A stretch of 64,000 nt of DNA from Alphaproteobacteria bacterium (GCA_965214705.1 OZ243972.1:1568001-1632000), one strand, 5' to 3'. Shown: positions 10,056 through 20,636, counted from the first letter of the stretch. A program made the numbers and translations. Notes: generated from the letters alone by a model not told the origin.

Positions 10056-10400
10056 ATGCCCCGTTCGAGCGCCGCCCTCGCGATCCCGGACCTGCCTCCC
10101 GCACCGCCCCCGGCGATGCACCCCATGGACCCGCGCCGGGGCCAGAGCCTCTCGCCGATGTTCGCCGCATTCCTGTGCTGGCTGCTGGTCCTGGAACCGA
10201 TGACCGATCCCGCGATCACCGGCATCGCCGTCTCCGGCAACTCCGTCCTCGCGGCCACGTCCGAGGATCCGCTCTTCAACGCCCACCTCGGCGCGCTGGA
10301 CGATTTCGAGCGCAACCTGCGCCGCTGGGGCCAGGTCTGCGGTGCCGATCCGCACATGATCGATGCGCTTGTGGCCAAAGTCCGGAGGGCAAGGCGATGA
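10056..10400 (+). CDS. Hypothetical protein
   Basis: ggag RBS; stop overlaps the radC start (ATGA). Confidence 0.55.
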   Translation: MPRSSAALAIPDLPPAPPPAMHPMDPRRGQSLSPMFAAFLCWLLVLEPMTDPAITGIAVSGNSVLAATSEDPLFNAHLGALDDFERNLRRWGQVCGADPHMIDALVAKVRRARR

Positions 10401-11140
10401 GCGTCTTCGATGCACCAGCCCCCGGCCTCCGCGACGTGACGCCTTTCCCCGCGCCTTCCGCGCAGCACCCCGGCGACACCTGCCACGACGAACTGCGAGC
10501 GCGCTTCCTCCGCGCCGGGCGCGAGGCGGTCGACGACCGGGAGCTTTTGCAGCTCCTGCTGGCGGGATCGCACCCTCCCGCCGAAGCCGCGCACCTTGCC
10601 GGGGTGCTGCTGGACACCTTCGGCTCGCCCGCCCGCGTCCTCGCCGCCCGTCCCGGCACGCTGCACACCGTAGCGGGACTCGACGATGCCGGCATTGCCG
10701 CCATCAAAACCGCCGAGGCGCTCGGCATCGCCATGGCCAGGGCCGCCCTGCCGGAACGGGTCCATCCACAGCTCGCAACCTACGAGAAGGTCGTAGAGTA
10801 TTGCCGCACCCTCGCGGCCCACCGCGACGTCGAGGAGCTGCATGTCCTCTTCCTCAACACCAAGAACGCCCTCATCTGCGACGAGGTGCACCAGAGGGGC
10901 ACGATCAACCACACCCCAGTCTATCCCCGTCAGGTCTGCGTCCGCGCGCTGGAGGTCGGCGCCACCGCCCTGGTCGTCGTGCACCAACACCCGTCGGGGG
11001 ACCCTTGCCCATCGAGAGCGGACGTCGAGATGACCACCCGCCTGCGGGACGCCCTCAAGACGATCGACGTCGATCTCCACGACCATATCGTCGTTGCGCC
11101 GGGCGACGCGTTCAGCTTCCGCCAGAAGGGCCTCATCTGA
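10397..11140 (+). CDS. radC: RadC-family JAB-domain protein
   Basis: D.ELL.LLL, GTINHTPVYPR, HQHPSGDPCPSRAD, LHDHIVV. Confidence 0.93.
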   Translation: MSVFDAPAPGLRDVTPFPAPSAQHPGDTCHDELRARFLRAGREAVDDRELLQLLLAGSHPPAEAAHLAGVLLDTFGSPARVLAARPGTLHTVAGLDDAGIAAIKTAEALGIAMARAALPERVHPQLATYEKVVEYCRTLAAHRDVEELHVLFLNTKNALICDEVHQRGTINHTPVYPRQVCVRALEVGATALVVVHQHPSGDPCPSRADVEMTTRLRDALKTIDVDLHDHIVVAPGDAFSFRQKGLI

Positions 11141-11218
11141 TCCTTCTCGCAGTCGCACCGACCGAGCGGCCGGCGCGCTCCCGCCCACCGCCTGATCGTC
11201 CGCCTGCGGACGTCACCG

Positions 11219-11986
11219 CTACCGCGGGTCGAACGGCTGCACGACGGTTCTAATCACGGCCAACAGCGGAGTGCCTTCGACGTCCAGCGTCCGCTCCCAA
11301 CAGCCCGCGTCGATCGCGCCGTGGCAATGCTCCACCAGGACATCTCTCCAGTCGTTGCCGGATCCGAAGGGATTGCCCTTGTCCTCCATCTCCGCGGCAT
11401 CCAGGAACCCCAGGTAGACCAGCACGACCGGCACGCCGAGCGTCGCCAGCTTCCAGGACCAGGCGAACCGGTTGGAGAGCTGGTAGTGGTGCTCCGCCGA
11501 CAGCTCCCACGAACCGCCCGTCACCTCTCCAAGGCCGGCATTCGCTTCCGCAAGCGCGCGCTCGATACGTTTCCGGTTGGCCGGCGTGGCCCCGCATCGG
11601 TCCCGCTTCGACAATTCCTTCGAGTGCGCCTTCGCCTCCACCAGAAGAAGACCCTTCCTGCCGATCACCGTGCAGGTGCTCGCGATGTCCCAGTTGGGCG
11701 TCCTCGAGCTGCCCGCTGCGCTCGCCATCCACCACCTCCTCAACTGCAGCCGCGTTTCCTCCGGGAGCAGAGCGGCGCCTCCCGAAACCGCCTTGTCCAA
11801 CTCGGCTTCCCTCACGTCCGCCACGCCCTGCGGTTGCCACTGGTCCCTGGCTGCGACCAGGACCTCCGGCCTGCCGACTATCCCCGTCAGCCGCGCAGCA
11901 ACTCCGTCCCGACCTCCGTTCGTGAGAAGTACGCAGCGCGGCCGGCTGCCCCGGTTGTCCTTTCCCAATTCTCTCAGCCAGTCCAT
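11219..11986 (-). CDS. Putative PD-(D/E)XK nuclease-fold protein
   Basis: PNWDI...LLLVEAKAH motif and YQLSNR; isolated gene opposite to its neighbours. Confidence 0.6.
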   Translation of the reverse strand: MDWLRELGKDNRGSRPRCVLLTNGGRDGVAARLTGIVGRPEVLVAARDQWQPQGVADVREAELDKAVSGGAALLPEETRLQLRRWWMASAAGSSRTPNWDIASTCTVIGRKGLLLVEAKAHSKELSKRDRCGATPANRKRIERALAEANAGLGEVTGGSWELSAEHHYQLSNRFAWSWKLATLGVPVVLVYLGFLDAAEMEDKGNPFGSGNDWRDVLVEHCHGAIDAGCWERTLDVEGTPLLAVIRTVVQPFDPR

Positions 11987-12250
11987 CGCCGATACCCGCG
12001 TTTTTCCCTCGCCAAAGCGTCCTCGCCGCCCATCACGGGCTGCGCGATGCCAGCCGCAGCCGAACTCTTAGTCCCGACTCGCAGCCGAAGCATCCCCCAA
12101 CGCCCGCTCCGGCCCGCATGCGCAACCGCGCCCCGCGGCGCCGAGAGTACGGGTGGCGGAGACGGGGCAGGCCGGACGGAGCGTTGCGGGAGACTCTTCC
12201 CGCGCCGCTTCGGTGCCGGCTTCCCCGCAGCCCGTCTCCGGAGCCCACTC

Positions 12251-15200
12251 ATGCTCGACGCCCGCCCGGCGCCGCCCGACCCCGCTCGTCCGCCCTCCGC
12301 CGCACTCCCCGCCACCGCGACCGACGAACCCGCCGCGCCGCAGCCCGCCTCCGCGCCCGCCGCGCTGTTGGCCGCGGCCCGCACCCTGCTGCCCGTCCTG
12401 GAAGCCGGCCGCGCGCTCGATGCCCGCACCCTGCGCGAGGCCATGACCTCCGCCTTCGGCGCCTCCGACGCGGACGGCGCCTGGCTCTGGAAGGATTCCT
12501 ACGAGGCGGCCGAGGCGGTGCTGGTGTTGTTCCTCCAACGCTACGGCCGCGCCATGCGCCGCGAGGCCGGCGCCGATCCCGGCGGACCCGCCGCCATGCT
12601 GCGGATGCTGGAAACCCTGGCGGCCCTGGAGCCCTCGCAGACGCGGCGCTCCGAAGAGCAGCTCAAGTACCAGCAGTTCTCGACGCCGCTGCCCCTGGCC
12701 TACACGGCGCTGCAGGCCGCCATGATCCGCCCCGGCGACGTGGTGCTCGAACCCTCGGCAGGCACCGGAATGCTGGCCGTCATGGCGCAGCTTGCCCTCG
12801 GCAAGGACACCAACGCGCTTCACCTCAACGAGATCGCCGCCGTCCGCGCCGGCCTCCTCGCGGGGCTGTTTCCGGGCAGCACCGTCACCCGCCACAACGC
12901 GGAGTCGATCAGGGACCGGCTGCCCGAGCTGCGTCCCACCGTGGTACTGATGAACCCACCCTTCTCGGCCAGCCCCGGCGTGGACCGCATCCGCCATCAC
13001 GCCGATCTGCATCACATCCGCTCGGCTTTCTCGACGCTGCCGCCGGGCGGGCGGCTGGTAGCCATCTCGTCAGCGCACTGCGTCCCCGGCGATACCGCCT
13101 GGCAAGACGCCTTCGCATCGCTCGACCCGCCGGCACACGCGGTGTTCACCGCACCCATCGACGGCCGCGCCTATGCGCGGCGCGGCACCACCTTCGACAC
13201 CCGCCTCACCGTCCTCGACAGGGGAGGCGAGAAGCCTGCGCGGGTCTATGCCGGCCACCCCGTGCGCGACGCCGGCCACCTTCTTCAGGCGCTCACCGGC
13301 ACCGTGCCGGCGCGGCGCCCGATCGAGCCGGTGCCGGGCGCCGACCTGTTCGGCCAGGCGCCAGCACCGTCGAGACGGTCCCGGCCCACGCGGGCCAGGC
13401 GCACCGGCACCGCCGCGCATCCGCCGGAGCCAAACGACTGGGGCTCTGTCTCGGAGCTCGCCTACGAGGCGGTGCCTGCCGGCGGCGGTCCCGCCAAGGG
13501 CGCCCAACCCTCCGGCCCCTACGCGCGGTGGCGGGCATCGAGCATCCACGTGCCGGGAGCGGTCCAGCACCCGACGCCGCTCGTGCAGTCAGGCGCGATG
13601 GCGGCAGTGCCGCACCCCATGCCGTCCTACCGCCCGATGCTGCCGGAGAAGGTGGTCACCGAGGGGCTGCTGTCCGACGCCCAGCTCGAGAGCGTGGTCC
13701 TCGCCGGCCAGGCGCATGAGAAGCACCTCGCGGCCGAGTACCGCATCGGCGCCGGCTGGGAGACACTCGTGCCTGAGACGGTGCGGCCCGTGGACGCCGA
13801 TGCCGATGACGACGGCGATGAATCCGCTCCGGCTTCCGAAGGCGACATTCAGATCGTCGATGCCGACGAGCCGCTGTCCGACCCGGTCCGCTTCCGGCGC
13901 GGCTGGATGCTCGGCGACGGCACCGGCTGCGGCAAGGGCCGGCAGGTCGCCGCCATCGTCCTCGACCAGTGGCTCAGGGGACGCAAGCGCGCGCTCTGGC
14001 TCTCGCAGTCTGACAAGCTGCTGGAGGACGCGCGCCGGGACTGGTGCGCCGTCGGCGGGCGCGCCGAAGACGTCATCCCCCTCGGCAAGGTGCGCCAGGG
14101 GTCCGACATCCCCCATGCACAGGGAATCCTGTTCGCCACCTATGCCACGCTGCGCTCTCCCGCGCGGCAGGGCAAGCCCTCGCGGCTCGACCAGATCGTG
14201 GCATGGCTCGCGGACGGCGAGGACGAAGACGAGCGGCATGCCTATCAGGGCGTCATCGTCTTCGACGAGGCCCATGCCATGGCCAACGCGGCAGGCTCCA
14301 AGGGCTCGCGCGGCGAGGTGAGACCCTCGCAGCAGGGCCGCGCGGGCTTGCGCCTTCAGAACGCACTCCCCGATGCCCGCATCCTCTACGTCTCCGCCAC
14401 CGGGGCCACCACCGTCCCCGGTCTCGCCTACGCGCGGCGCCTCGGGCTCTGGGCCTCCGGCGAGACCCCCTTCGAGACCCGCACCGCCTTCATCGCTGCC
14501 ATGGAAGCCGGCGGCGTCGCAGCCATGGAAGTCGTAGCGCGCGATCTCAAGGCTTTGGGTCTCTACCAGGCCCGGGCTCTTTCCTACGACGGAGTGGAAG
14601 TCGACATCCTGGAGCACCCGCTCACGGACGAGCAGCGGCGCATCTACGACTCCTATGCCGGCGCCTTCAAGATCATCCACCAGAACATCCAGGAGGCGCT
14701 GAAGGCCACCGGCATCGTCGACGGGGAGTCAACCCTCAACAAGAACGCCAAGTCCGCCGCCCTCTCCGCCTTCGAAGGCGCCAAGCAGCGTTTCTTCGGC
14801 CACCTGCTCACCTCCATGAAGTGCCCCTCGCTGATCCGCGCCATCGAGGCGGACCTGGAGGAGGGCCGCTCCGCCGTGGTGCAGCTGGTCTCCACCGGCG
14901 AGGCGCTGATGGAACGCCGCATCGCCGAGATCCCGGCCTCCGAATGGGACGACCTTTCCATCGACCTGACGCCTCGCGAGTACGTGCTCGACTTCCTGGA
15001 GCACGCCTTCCCGGTGCAACTGCAGGAGCCCTTCGAGGACGATGACGGCAACCTCATGTCGCGGCCGGTCTTCGATGCCGACAACAACCCGGTGCTCTGC
15101 CAGGAGGCACTGGCGAAGCGCGACGCGCTGATCCAGAAGCTCGGCGCCCTGCCGCCGGTGCAGTCGGCGCTCGACCAGATCGTTCATCGCTTCGGGCACG

Positions 15201-16792
15201 ACGCCGTGGCCGAGATCACCGGGCGCTCGCGCAGGGTGCTCAGGATCGAGGACGCCAGGGGCGAGCGCCTGGCGCTCCGCCCGCGGCCCGCCTCGGCCAA
15301 CATCGCCGAGACTGCCGCCTTCATGGACGGGGAGAAGCGCATCCTGGTGTTCTCGATGGCGGGCGGCATCGGCCGCAGCTACCACGCCGATCTCGGCTGC
15401 CCCAACACCGAGCGCCGTATCCACTACTTGCTGGAGCCCGGCTGGCGGGCCGACCAGGCGATCCAGGGGCTGGGCCGGACCCACCGCACGCACCAGGCGT
15501 CCGCACCGCTGTTCCGTCCCGTCGCAACGGACGTGAAGGGCGAGCGCAGGTTCATCGCCACCATCGCGCGCAGGCTGGACAGCCTGGGCGCCATCACGCG
15601 CGGACAGCGCGACTCGCAGACCGCCATGGGCGACGACGACACCGCGCTGTTCAGGGCCAGCGACAACCTGGAGAGCCTCTACGCCAAGTCGGCGTTGCGC
15701 CAGTTCTACATCGCCCTCTCGCACGGCCACATCGAGGACTGGTCCCTCAAGGACTTCGAAGAAGCCACCGGGCTCAAGCTCACCTGGGAGGGCAACCTCA
15801 AGGAGGACCTGCCGCCCATGCCGCAGTTCCTCAACCGCCTCCTGGCGCTCCCCATCGACGAGCAGAACCAGCTCTTCGGTGCGCTCGAGACCCGGACCGA
15901 GGCCAACATCGAGATCGCGATCGAGTCCGGCACATTCGAACGCGGCGTCGAGACCATCGTTGCCGACTCGCTCTCCGTCGCCTCGCGCGAGTCCGTGTTC
16001 ACCCACGAGGGCTCCGGCGCCGAGACCGAGATCGTCGAGATCGCGCGCAAGGACAGGCTGGAGCCGCTCACCGCCGACGGGGCGCTCTCGCTTCACTCCC
16101 AGACCTCCAGCGGCAGGCCCCGCCTCATGGTCAACGCGCAGTCCGGCCGCGCCGCACTCGTGATGTCCGCGCCGTCGCGCATGTTCGACGACGGCGACGT
16201 GCAGGAGCGCGTGCGCCTGGTGCGTCCCGCTGTCCGCGAGACCATGGCGCGGAAGGCCCTCGACGCATCGCAATGGCGGGATGCGGACGAGGATCGCTGG
16301 CGCATGGTCTGGGACACCGAGATCGCCGGCCTGCCGTCCCACCGCGAGTCCCGTTTCTGGCTGGTCGCGGGCCTGCTGCTGCCGATCTGGGACCGGCTGC
16401 CCGACGAGAGCATGCGGGTCCGCCGCTTGGTCGCCGACGACGGCGAGCACCTGATCGGCCGCGTCCTCGGCCCCGCCGAGGTCACCCAGTTCCGTGCCGC
16501 ACTCGGTCTCGACGGCGGCCCCGGCCTCACCGCCGCCGAGGTTCACGACGAGATCATGAAATGCGGCGCCTCCTTCCATCTCTCCAACGGCTGGAAGCTG
16601 GCTCGGCGCCGGCTCATGGGAGCCTTCCGCATCGAAATCGAAGGCCCCGCGGACGGCGACACCGACACGCTCAAGCGCATGGGCTGCATCGCCGAGATCG
16701 TCTCGTGGCGCACCCGCCTGTTCGCGCCCGACCGCGACACGCTGGAGCGTATCACGGACCGCTGGCCCATCGCGCCACCGGAGGCGTCCTGA
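12251..16792 (+). CDS. Strawberry-notch family DNA methyltransferase/helicase fusion
   Basis: QQFSTP, VLEPSAGTG, NPPF (MTase); GDGTGCGKGR, DEAH, SATGA, QGLGRTHR (helicase-like). Confidence 0.92.
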   Translation: MLDARPAPPDPARPPSAALPATATDEPAAPQPASAPAALLAAARTLLPVLEAGRALDARTLREAMTSAFGASDADGAWLWKDSYEAAEAVLVLFLQRYGRAMRREAGADPGGPAAMLRMLETLAALEPSQTRRSEEQLKYQQFSTPLPLAYTALQAAMIRPGDVVLEPSAGTGMLAVMAQLALGKDTNALHLNEIAAVRAGLLAGLFPGSTVTRHNAESIRDRLPELRPTVVLMNPPFSASPGVDRIRHHADLHHIRSAFSTLPPGGRLVAISSAHCVPGDTAWQDAFASLDPPAHAVFTAPIDGRAYARRGTTFDTRLTVLDRGGEKPARVYAGHPVRDAGHLLQALTGTVPARRPIEPVPGADLFGQAPAPSRRSRPTRARRTGTAAHPPEPNDWGSVSELAYEAVPAGGGPAKGAQPSGPYARWRASSIHVPGAVQHPTPLVQSGAMAAVPHPMPSYRPMLPEKVVTEGLLSDAQLESVVLAGQAHEKHLAAEYRIGAGWETLVPETVRPVDADADDDGDESAPASEGDIQIVDADEPLSDPVRFRRGWMLGDGTGCGKGRQVAAIVLDQWLRGRKRALWLSQSDKLLEDARRDWCAVGGRAEDVIPLGKVRQGSDIPHAQGILFATYATLRSPARQGKPSRLDQIVAWLADGEDEDERHAYQGVIVFDEAHAMANAAGSKGSRGEVRPSQQGRAGLRLQNALPDARILYVSATGATTVPGLAYARRLGLWASGETPFETRTAFIAAMEAGGVAAMEVVARDLKALGLYQARALSYDGVEVDILEHPLTDEQRRIYDSYAGAFKIIHQNIQEALKATGIVDGESTLNKNAKSAALSAFEGAKQRFFGHLLTSMKCPSLIRAIEADLEEGRSAVVQLVSTGEALMERRIAEIPASEWDDLSIDLTPREYVLDFLEHAFPVQLQEPFEDDDGNLMSRPVFDADNNPVLCQEALAKRDALIQKLGALPPVQSALDQIVHRFGHDAVAEITGRSRRVLRIEDARGERLALRPRPASANIAETAAFMDGEKRILVFSMAGGIGRSYHADLGCPNTERRIHYLLEPGWRADQAIQGLGRTHRTHQASAPLFRPVATDVKGERRFIATIARRLDSLGAITRGQRDSQTAMGDDDTALFRASDNLESLYAKSALRQFYIALSHGHIEDWSLKDFEEATGLKLTWEGNLKEDLPPMPQFLNRLLALPIDEQNQLFGALETRTEANIEIAIESGTFERGVETIVADSLSVASRESVFTHEGSGAETEIVEIARKDRLEPLTADGALSLHSQTSSGRPRLMVNAQSGRAALVMSAPSRMFDDGDVQERVRLVRPAVRETMARKALDASQWRDADEDRWRMVWDTEIAGLPSHRESRFWLVAGLLLPIWDRLPDESMRVRRLVADDGEHLIGRVLGPAEVTQFRAALGLDGGPGLTAAEVHDEIMKCGASFHLSNGWKLARRRLMGAFRIEIEGPADGDTDTLKRMGCIAEIVSWRTRLFAPDRDTLERITDRWPIAPPEAS

Positions 16793-16886
16793 CCGCCCCG
16801 CCTGCGGCGCCGGTCCGCCCGTCGCCTCACGTTGCCGCCCGCCTTCACGAGGGCGGCTCCGCCCCACCGCAACAAGGACATATTCG

Positions 16887-17147
16887 ATGACAACGCACGA
16901 GCTTCCCGAGGAGCCGGTCTTCGCCTTCACGCCGGCCTACGAGCTGCCCGACGAGCCCCAGCAGATCCGCATCGTCTTCGAGGGGATGGGCGGCTACATC
17001 CCCACCGCGCTCGTCGCGCTCTCGCTCGCAGATGCGGAGCGGCTGTGCGACAAGCTTAACCGTCGCCTCGGGCTCGACCGGGAGGCATGGAGCAGGCTGG
17101 TCGCGCGCTCCATGGCAGCGGGCCGGGGCGATGTCCCGCTTCATTGA
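16887..17147 (+). CDS. Hypothetical protein
   Basis: aagga RBS; coding-like codon usage. Confidence 0.65.
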   Translation: MTTHELPEEPVFAFTPAYELPDEPQQIRIVFEGMGGYIPTALVALSLADAERLCDKLNRRLGLDREAWSRLVARSMAAGRGDVPLH

Positions 17148-17306
17148 CCCCGGTCTGCGCACCAATCACCCAATGCAAGACCCCCGGACACGCCTCCGGC
17201 GAATTCCCGGGCCTCCGCAACCGCCGCAGCGCGCCACCGGCTTGCCGTCGGCGCCGCCCGCCGGTAAGAATATCTGATATTCCAACTCATGCCGCGCGAG
17301 GCCGCC

Positions 17307-17600
17307 ATGCCCCTGGTCACCGTCAAGTCGAAGTTCCAGGTCACCATTCCCGCCGGACTGCGAAAGGGCATCGATCTTCGCGAGGGCGACATCATGGAGG
17401 CCACCCTCATGGGTGACGGCATCCTCTTCCGCCCCAAGCAGGTGGTGGACCGCGACGCGGCCGCCGACCGCATCGCGGCCGCGCTCGCCTCAAGACCGCC
17501 CTTGCCCGAGGACATCGGACGCTCCGAAGACGAGATCATGCAGGACGTCATCGCCGATATCGACGAATCGCGCCGGGAACGCCGCAGCCGTGAGACATGA
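17307..17600 (+). CDS. AbrB/MazE/SpoVT-family antitoxin
   Basis: VKSKFQVTIPAGLRKGIDLREGD swapped-hairpin signature. Confidence 0.88.
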   Translation: MPLVTVKSKFQVTIPAGLRKGIDLREGDIMEATLMGDGILFRPKQVVDRDAAADRIAAALASRPPLPEDIGRSEDEIMQDVIADIDESRRERRSRET

Positions 17601-17989
17601 AGGTCGTCCTCGACTGCAACGTCGTTGTATCGGCGGCACGCATCGACGGCACCTGCCGGGCGGTCGTCGACAACGTGCTCCGGCACCACGATATCGTCCT
17701 CTCCGAGCCCATCCTGGCGGAGTATGAGTCTGTCGCCGCACGGACCAAACACGCTGCGTTCCGCGATGACTTAAAGGCGATGATCGGCGACATCGAGCGT
17801 GTTGCCGTCATCGTCGAGTCCGCCGATATCGCGTTCGGTCTGCGCGATCCCGACGACGAGATCTATCTCGCCACCGCGATGGCCGGCGGCGCCGTTCTGA
17901 TCACGGGCAACACGCGCGACTTCACCGAGCCGCGATACGCGACGGTAGACGTGCTCTCTCCACGCGCCTTCCTCGATCGGACCGCGTGA
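17597..17989 (+). CDS. PIN-domain (VapC-like) toxin
   Basis: MKVVLDCNVVVS, RDPDD, ITGN.RDF; ATGA overlap with the antitoxin. Confidence 0.88.
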   Translation: MKVVLDCNVVVSAARIDGTCRAVVDNVLRHHDIVLSEPILAEYESVAARTKHAAFRDDLKAMIGDIERVAVIVESADIAFGLRDPDDEIYLATAMAGGAVLITGNTRDFTEPRYATVDVLSPRAFLDRTA

Positions 17990-18270
17990 ACTGCTTCCGG
18001 ACGGGCTGACGCCCCCTTCCTGCCAGACTCTGCCCGCTGCGCCCCAGTTGGTACGTTCATCCCGCACCTTCGCGGTCTCTTTCCTGCACGCAGGACACGC
18101 ATTGCCGATCCGTGACCCGGCCGTGCCGTGCCGCACCTGTCCCACCAGCCGGCGACCGCTGCTCCCCTTCCCGGCGTTCCGACGAGCCCCGTCGCCGTTA
18201 TCCCGGACCCGGGAGGAGAGTGGGTGACGAGCTTCCTTCGGGTGAAGCCATCCGAGGAAGGAGAGGACCC

Positions 18271-18819
18271 GTGACACAGCTCGTCTATGCCGGCATCGGA
18301 TCGCGCGCCACTCCGCGGCCCGTCCTCGAAGCGATGACCACCATGGCCGCCTAGCTCGCACGCCGCGGCTGGCACCTTCACTCCGGCGGAGCTGCCGGGG
18401 CCGACTCGGCATTCGCTGCTGGTGCCACTGCCCGCTCCCGCACCCTGTTCCTGCCGTGGCCCGGATATCGCGGCTGCCGGGGGCCCGACTGCCGCACGCT
18501 CAGCGCCGACCACATGCGCACCTGCCTCGCCATCGCCGCCGATCTGCATCCCGCGTGGCACCGCTGCTCGCCGGCCGCCCGCAAACTGCACGCGCGCAAC
18601 GCGGCGATCCTGCTCGGCCAGGACGCCGACACGCCGGTCCATGCCGTGGTCGCGTGGACTTCGCAGGGCCGCATGTCCGGAGGCACCGGACAGGGTATCC
18701 GCATCGCGCACGATCGCGGCGTTCCGGTGCTGAACCTGGGCTCTATGCACCCGCGCGCGGTGTGCGAGCGGCTCGAGGAGATCCGCGCCGCGGCGTCCCC
18801 CGGCACTCGTCGCGCTTGA
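18271..18819 (+). pseudogene. SLOG/DprA-like protein with in-frame TAG at 18352-18354
   Basis: YAGIGSR.TP, SGGAAGADSAF, LHARN, GGTGQ; ORFs 18112-18354 and 18514-18819 share one frame. Confidence 0.8.
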
Positions 18820-18853
18820 TCCGTTCCCTCCGCCTGGAAGATGGGAGCATGCC

Positions 18854-19930
18854 ATGATCCGTTTCACGCACGGCGACCTCTTCGCCCAGCCCGTCGAGGC
18901 CATCGTCAATCCCGTCAACTGCGTCGGCGTCGCAGGCGCCGGCCTCGCTTTCCAGTTCAAGCGCCGCCACCCCGACGCCTTCCAGGCCTACCGCCGCGCC
19001 TGCGCCGAGGGCCGGCTGCGGCCGGGCCGCATGTTCGTGTTCGACACGGGTCGCGACACGCCCCGGTGGATCGTCCATTTCCCCACCAAGCGTCACTGGC
19101 GCGACCGCAGCGCGATCGGCGACATCGAGACCGGGCTGCGCGGCCTCGCCGCGACCCTTGCCGGCCACGGCATCCGCTCCGTCGCCATCCCGCCACTCGG
19201 GTGCGGCCTGGGCGGTCTCCACTGGCGCGCGGTGCGCCCTCTCATCTCCGCCTGTCTCGCGGACATGCCGGGCACGGTCATCGTTCTCGAGCCGGCGCCG
19301 GAGGCGGAGCCATGCGCAGGGGCGGGCGTCCGCTTACGGGAGGAGAGAGAGACCATGACCCGCGACACCACGAGCATCTTCGACCACGGCGCCACGCTGG
19401 TGCCCGACGTCGTCACCGAGCCCGAGGAGGAGCGCATCCTGCTGCGCATCTCCCAGGCGCCCTGGATGACCGACCTCAGCCGCCGCGTGCAGCATTACGG
19501 GTTCAATTACAACTACCGTGGCCCGACCAACGGCCGGCACGACCCGGCGCCCCCGTTCCCTAGGTGGGCCGAGGTCATCGGGGCCAGACTCGCACCGTAC
19601 TTCGACGGGGCCATGCCCGAGCAGTGCATCGTCAACGAGTACCGGCCCGGCCAGGGCATCGGCATGCACGCCGATCACGCTTCCTTTGGGCCCGTCGTCG
19701 TGTCGCTCTCGCTCGGCGACGCCTGGACGATGAACTTCCGGCCTCGTTCGGCCCGCCCCTACGTCCGCGACGGGCTGGCGTCCGACGAGGTCGCCCGGCT
19801 GCCGCGACGCTCCGCACTCGTCCTGCGAGGACCTGCCAGGAGCGGATGGATGCACGGGATCGATCCCGCCGCCAACACCGGGCGCAGCGAGACCCGAGTC
19901 TCCGCCACGTTCCGGACCCTGGCCGCTTGA
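18854..19930 (+). CDS. Macrodomain (DarG-like) fused to AlkB-family 2OG-Fe(II) dioxygenase
   Basis: GDLF, VNPVNCVGVAGAG, FPTKRHW, PPLGCGLGGL; then VQHYG, NEYRPGQGIGMHAD, WMHGI, RVSATFR. Confidence 0.88.
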   Translation: MIRFTHGDLFAQPVEAIVNPVNCVGVAGAGLAFQFKRRHPDAFQAYRRACAEGRLRPGRMFVFDTGRDTPRWIVHFPTKRHWRDRSAIGDIETGLRGLAATLAGHGIRSVAIPPLGCGLGGLHWRAVRPLISACLADMPGTVIVLEPAPEAEPCAGAGVRLREERETMTRDTTSIFDHGATLVPDVVTEPEEERILLRISQAPWMTDLSRRVQHYGFNYNYRGPTNGRHDPAPPFPRWAEVIGARLAPYFDGAMPEQCIVNEYRPGQGIGMHADHASFGPVVVSLSLGDAWTMNFRPRSARPYVRDGLASDEVARLPRRSALVLRGPARSGWMHGIDPAANTGRSETRVSATFRTLAA

Positions 19931-20113
19931 TCTCCGCCGGTGTTTTCGTCCGTGCCGCAGGCAAGGCCGTCGGCCACCCGGCAGGCGTTGGGGCGGACGG
20001 CGAAGGAGAGGTTGAGAGGAGCTTTGGAGGGGTGAACGGGAAGGGGACCGAGAGGGGTTCCCGGCCTGTTCGTCAACCCATCGTCATCAACCAGGATGTG
20101 AAGGAGACGAACC

Positions 20114-20569
20114 ATGGCTTTCGGAGAGAACAGGGTCCAGCTGATCGGCCGCCTCGGCGACGACGTCGCCATCAACCACCTGGCCTCCGGCGGGCGCGTT
20201 GCCAACATGAGCATCGCGACCGACGAGAGCTACATCGACAAGCAGACCGGCGAGCGGGTCGACCGGACGGAGTGGCACCGCTGCGTCACCTTCCAAAACG
20301 GGCTGGTCGACATGCTGGAGAAGCACGCGAAGAAGGGCCGGCTGGTCTACGTCGCGGGCAAGCTCCAGACCCGGCGCTGGCGCAAGGACGGCGAGGACTC
20401 CGACCGGTTCTCGACCGAGATCCTGCTGGTCCCCGGCGGGCGCGTCCAGTTCCTCGACAAGCCGGCCGGCGCCAACGGCAACGGCACCCCGCCCGCCAAC
20501 GGTGAGGCGACGGCCACCGCCGACGCCGCCCCGTCCGACACGGACGACGGCTCCGGCATCCCCTTCTAG
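20114..20569 (+). CDS. ssb: Single-stranded DNA-binding protein
   Basis: NRVQLIGRLG, TEWHR, GKLQTRRW; acidic tail ending GIPF. Confidence 0.95.
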   Translation: MAFGENRVQLIGRLGDDVAINHLASGGRVANMSIATDESYIDKQTGERVDRTEWHRCVTFQNGLVDMLEKHAKKGRLVYVAGKLQTRRWRKDGEDSDRFSTEILLVPGGRVQFLDKPAGANGNGTPPANGEATATADAAPSDTDDGSGIPF

Positions 20570-20593
20570 CGGGCTCCTCCCTCCCGCTGACCC

Positions 20594-20636
20594 TGGCCGG
20601 TTCCGCGCTCCTCCCGCGCGGGACCGGCCATTTTTT
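20594..20636 (+). terminator. Rho-independent terminator after ssb
   Basis: tggccggttccgcgc...gcgcgggaccggcca followed by tttttt. Confidence 0.75.

Noticed and set aside
11321-12250. Long N-terminal extension of the strawberry-notch ORF
   Set aside because: Overlaps the minus-strand gene 11219-11986; family-like sequence starts near ATG 12251
18352-18354. Possible stop-codon recoding in the SLOG gene
   Set aside because: A single in-frame TAG is more simply a point mutation (for example TGG to TAG) or read error; TAG is used as a normal stop elsewhere in the window
18854-19350. DarTG toxin-antitoxin system
   Set aside because: No DarT gene nearby and no DarG C-terminal domain; the macrodomain is followed by AlkB
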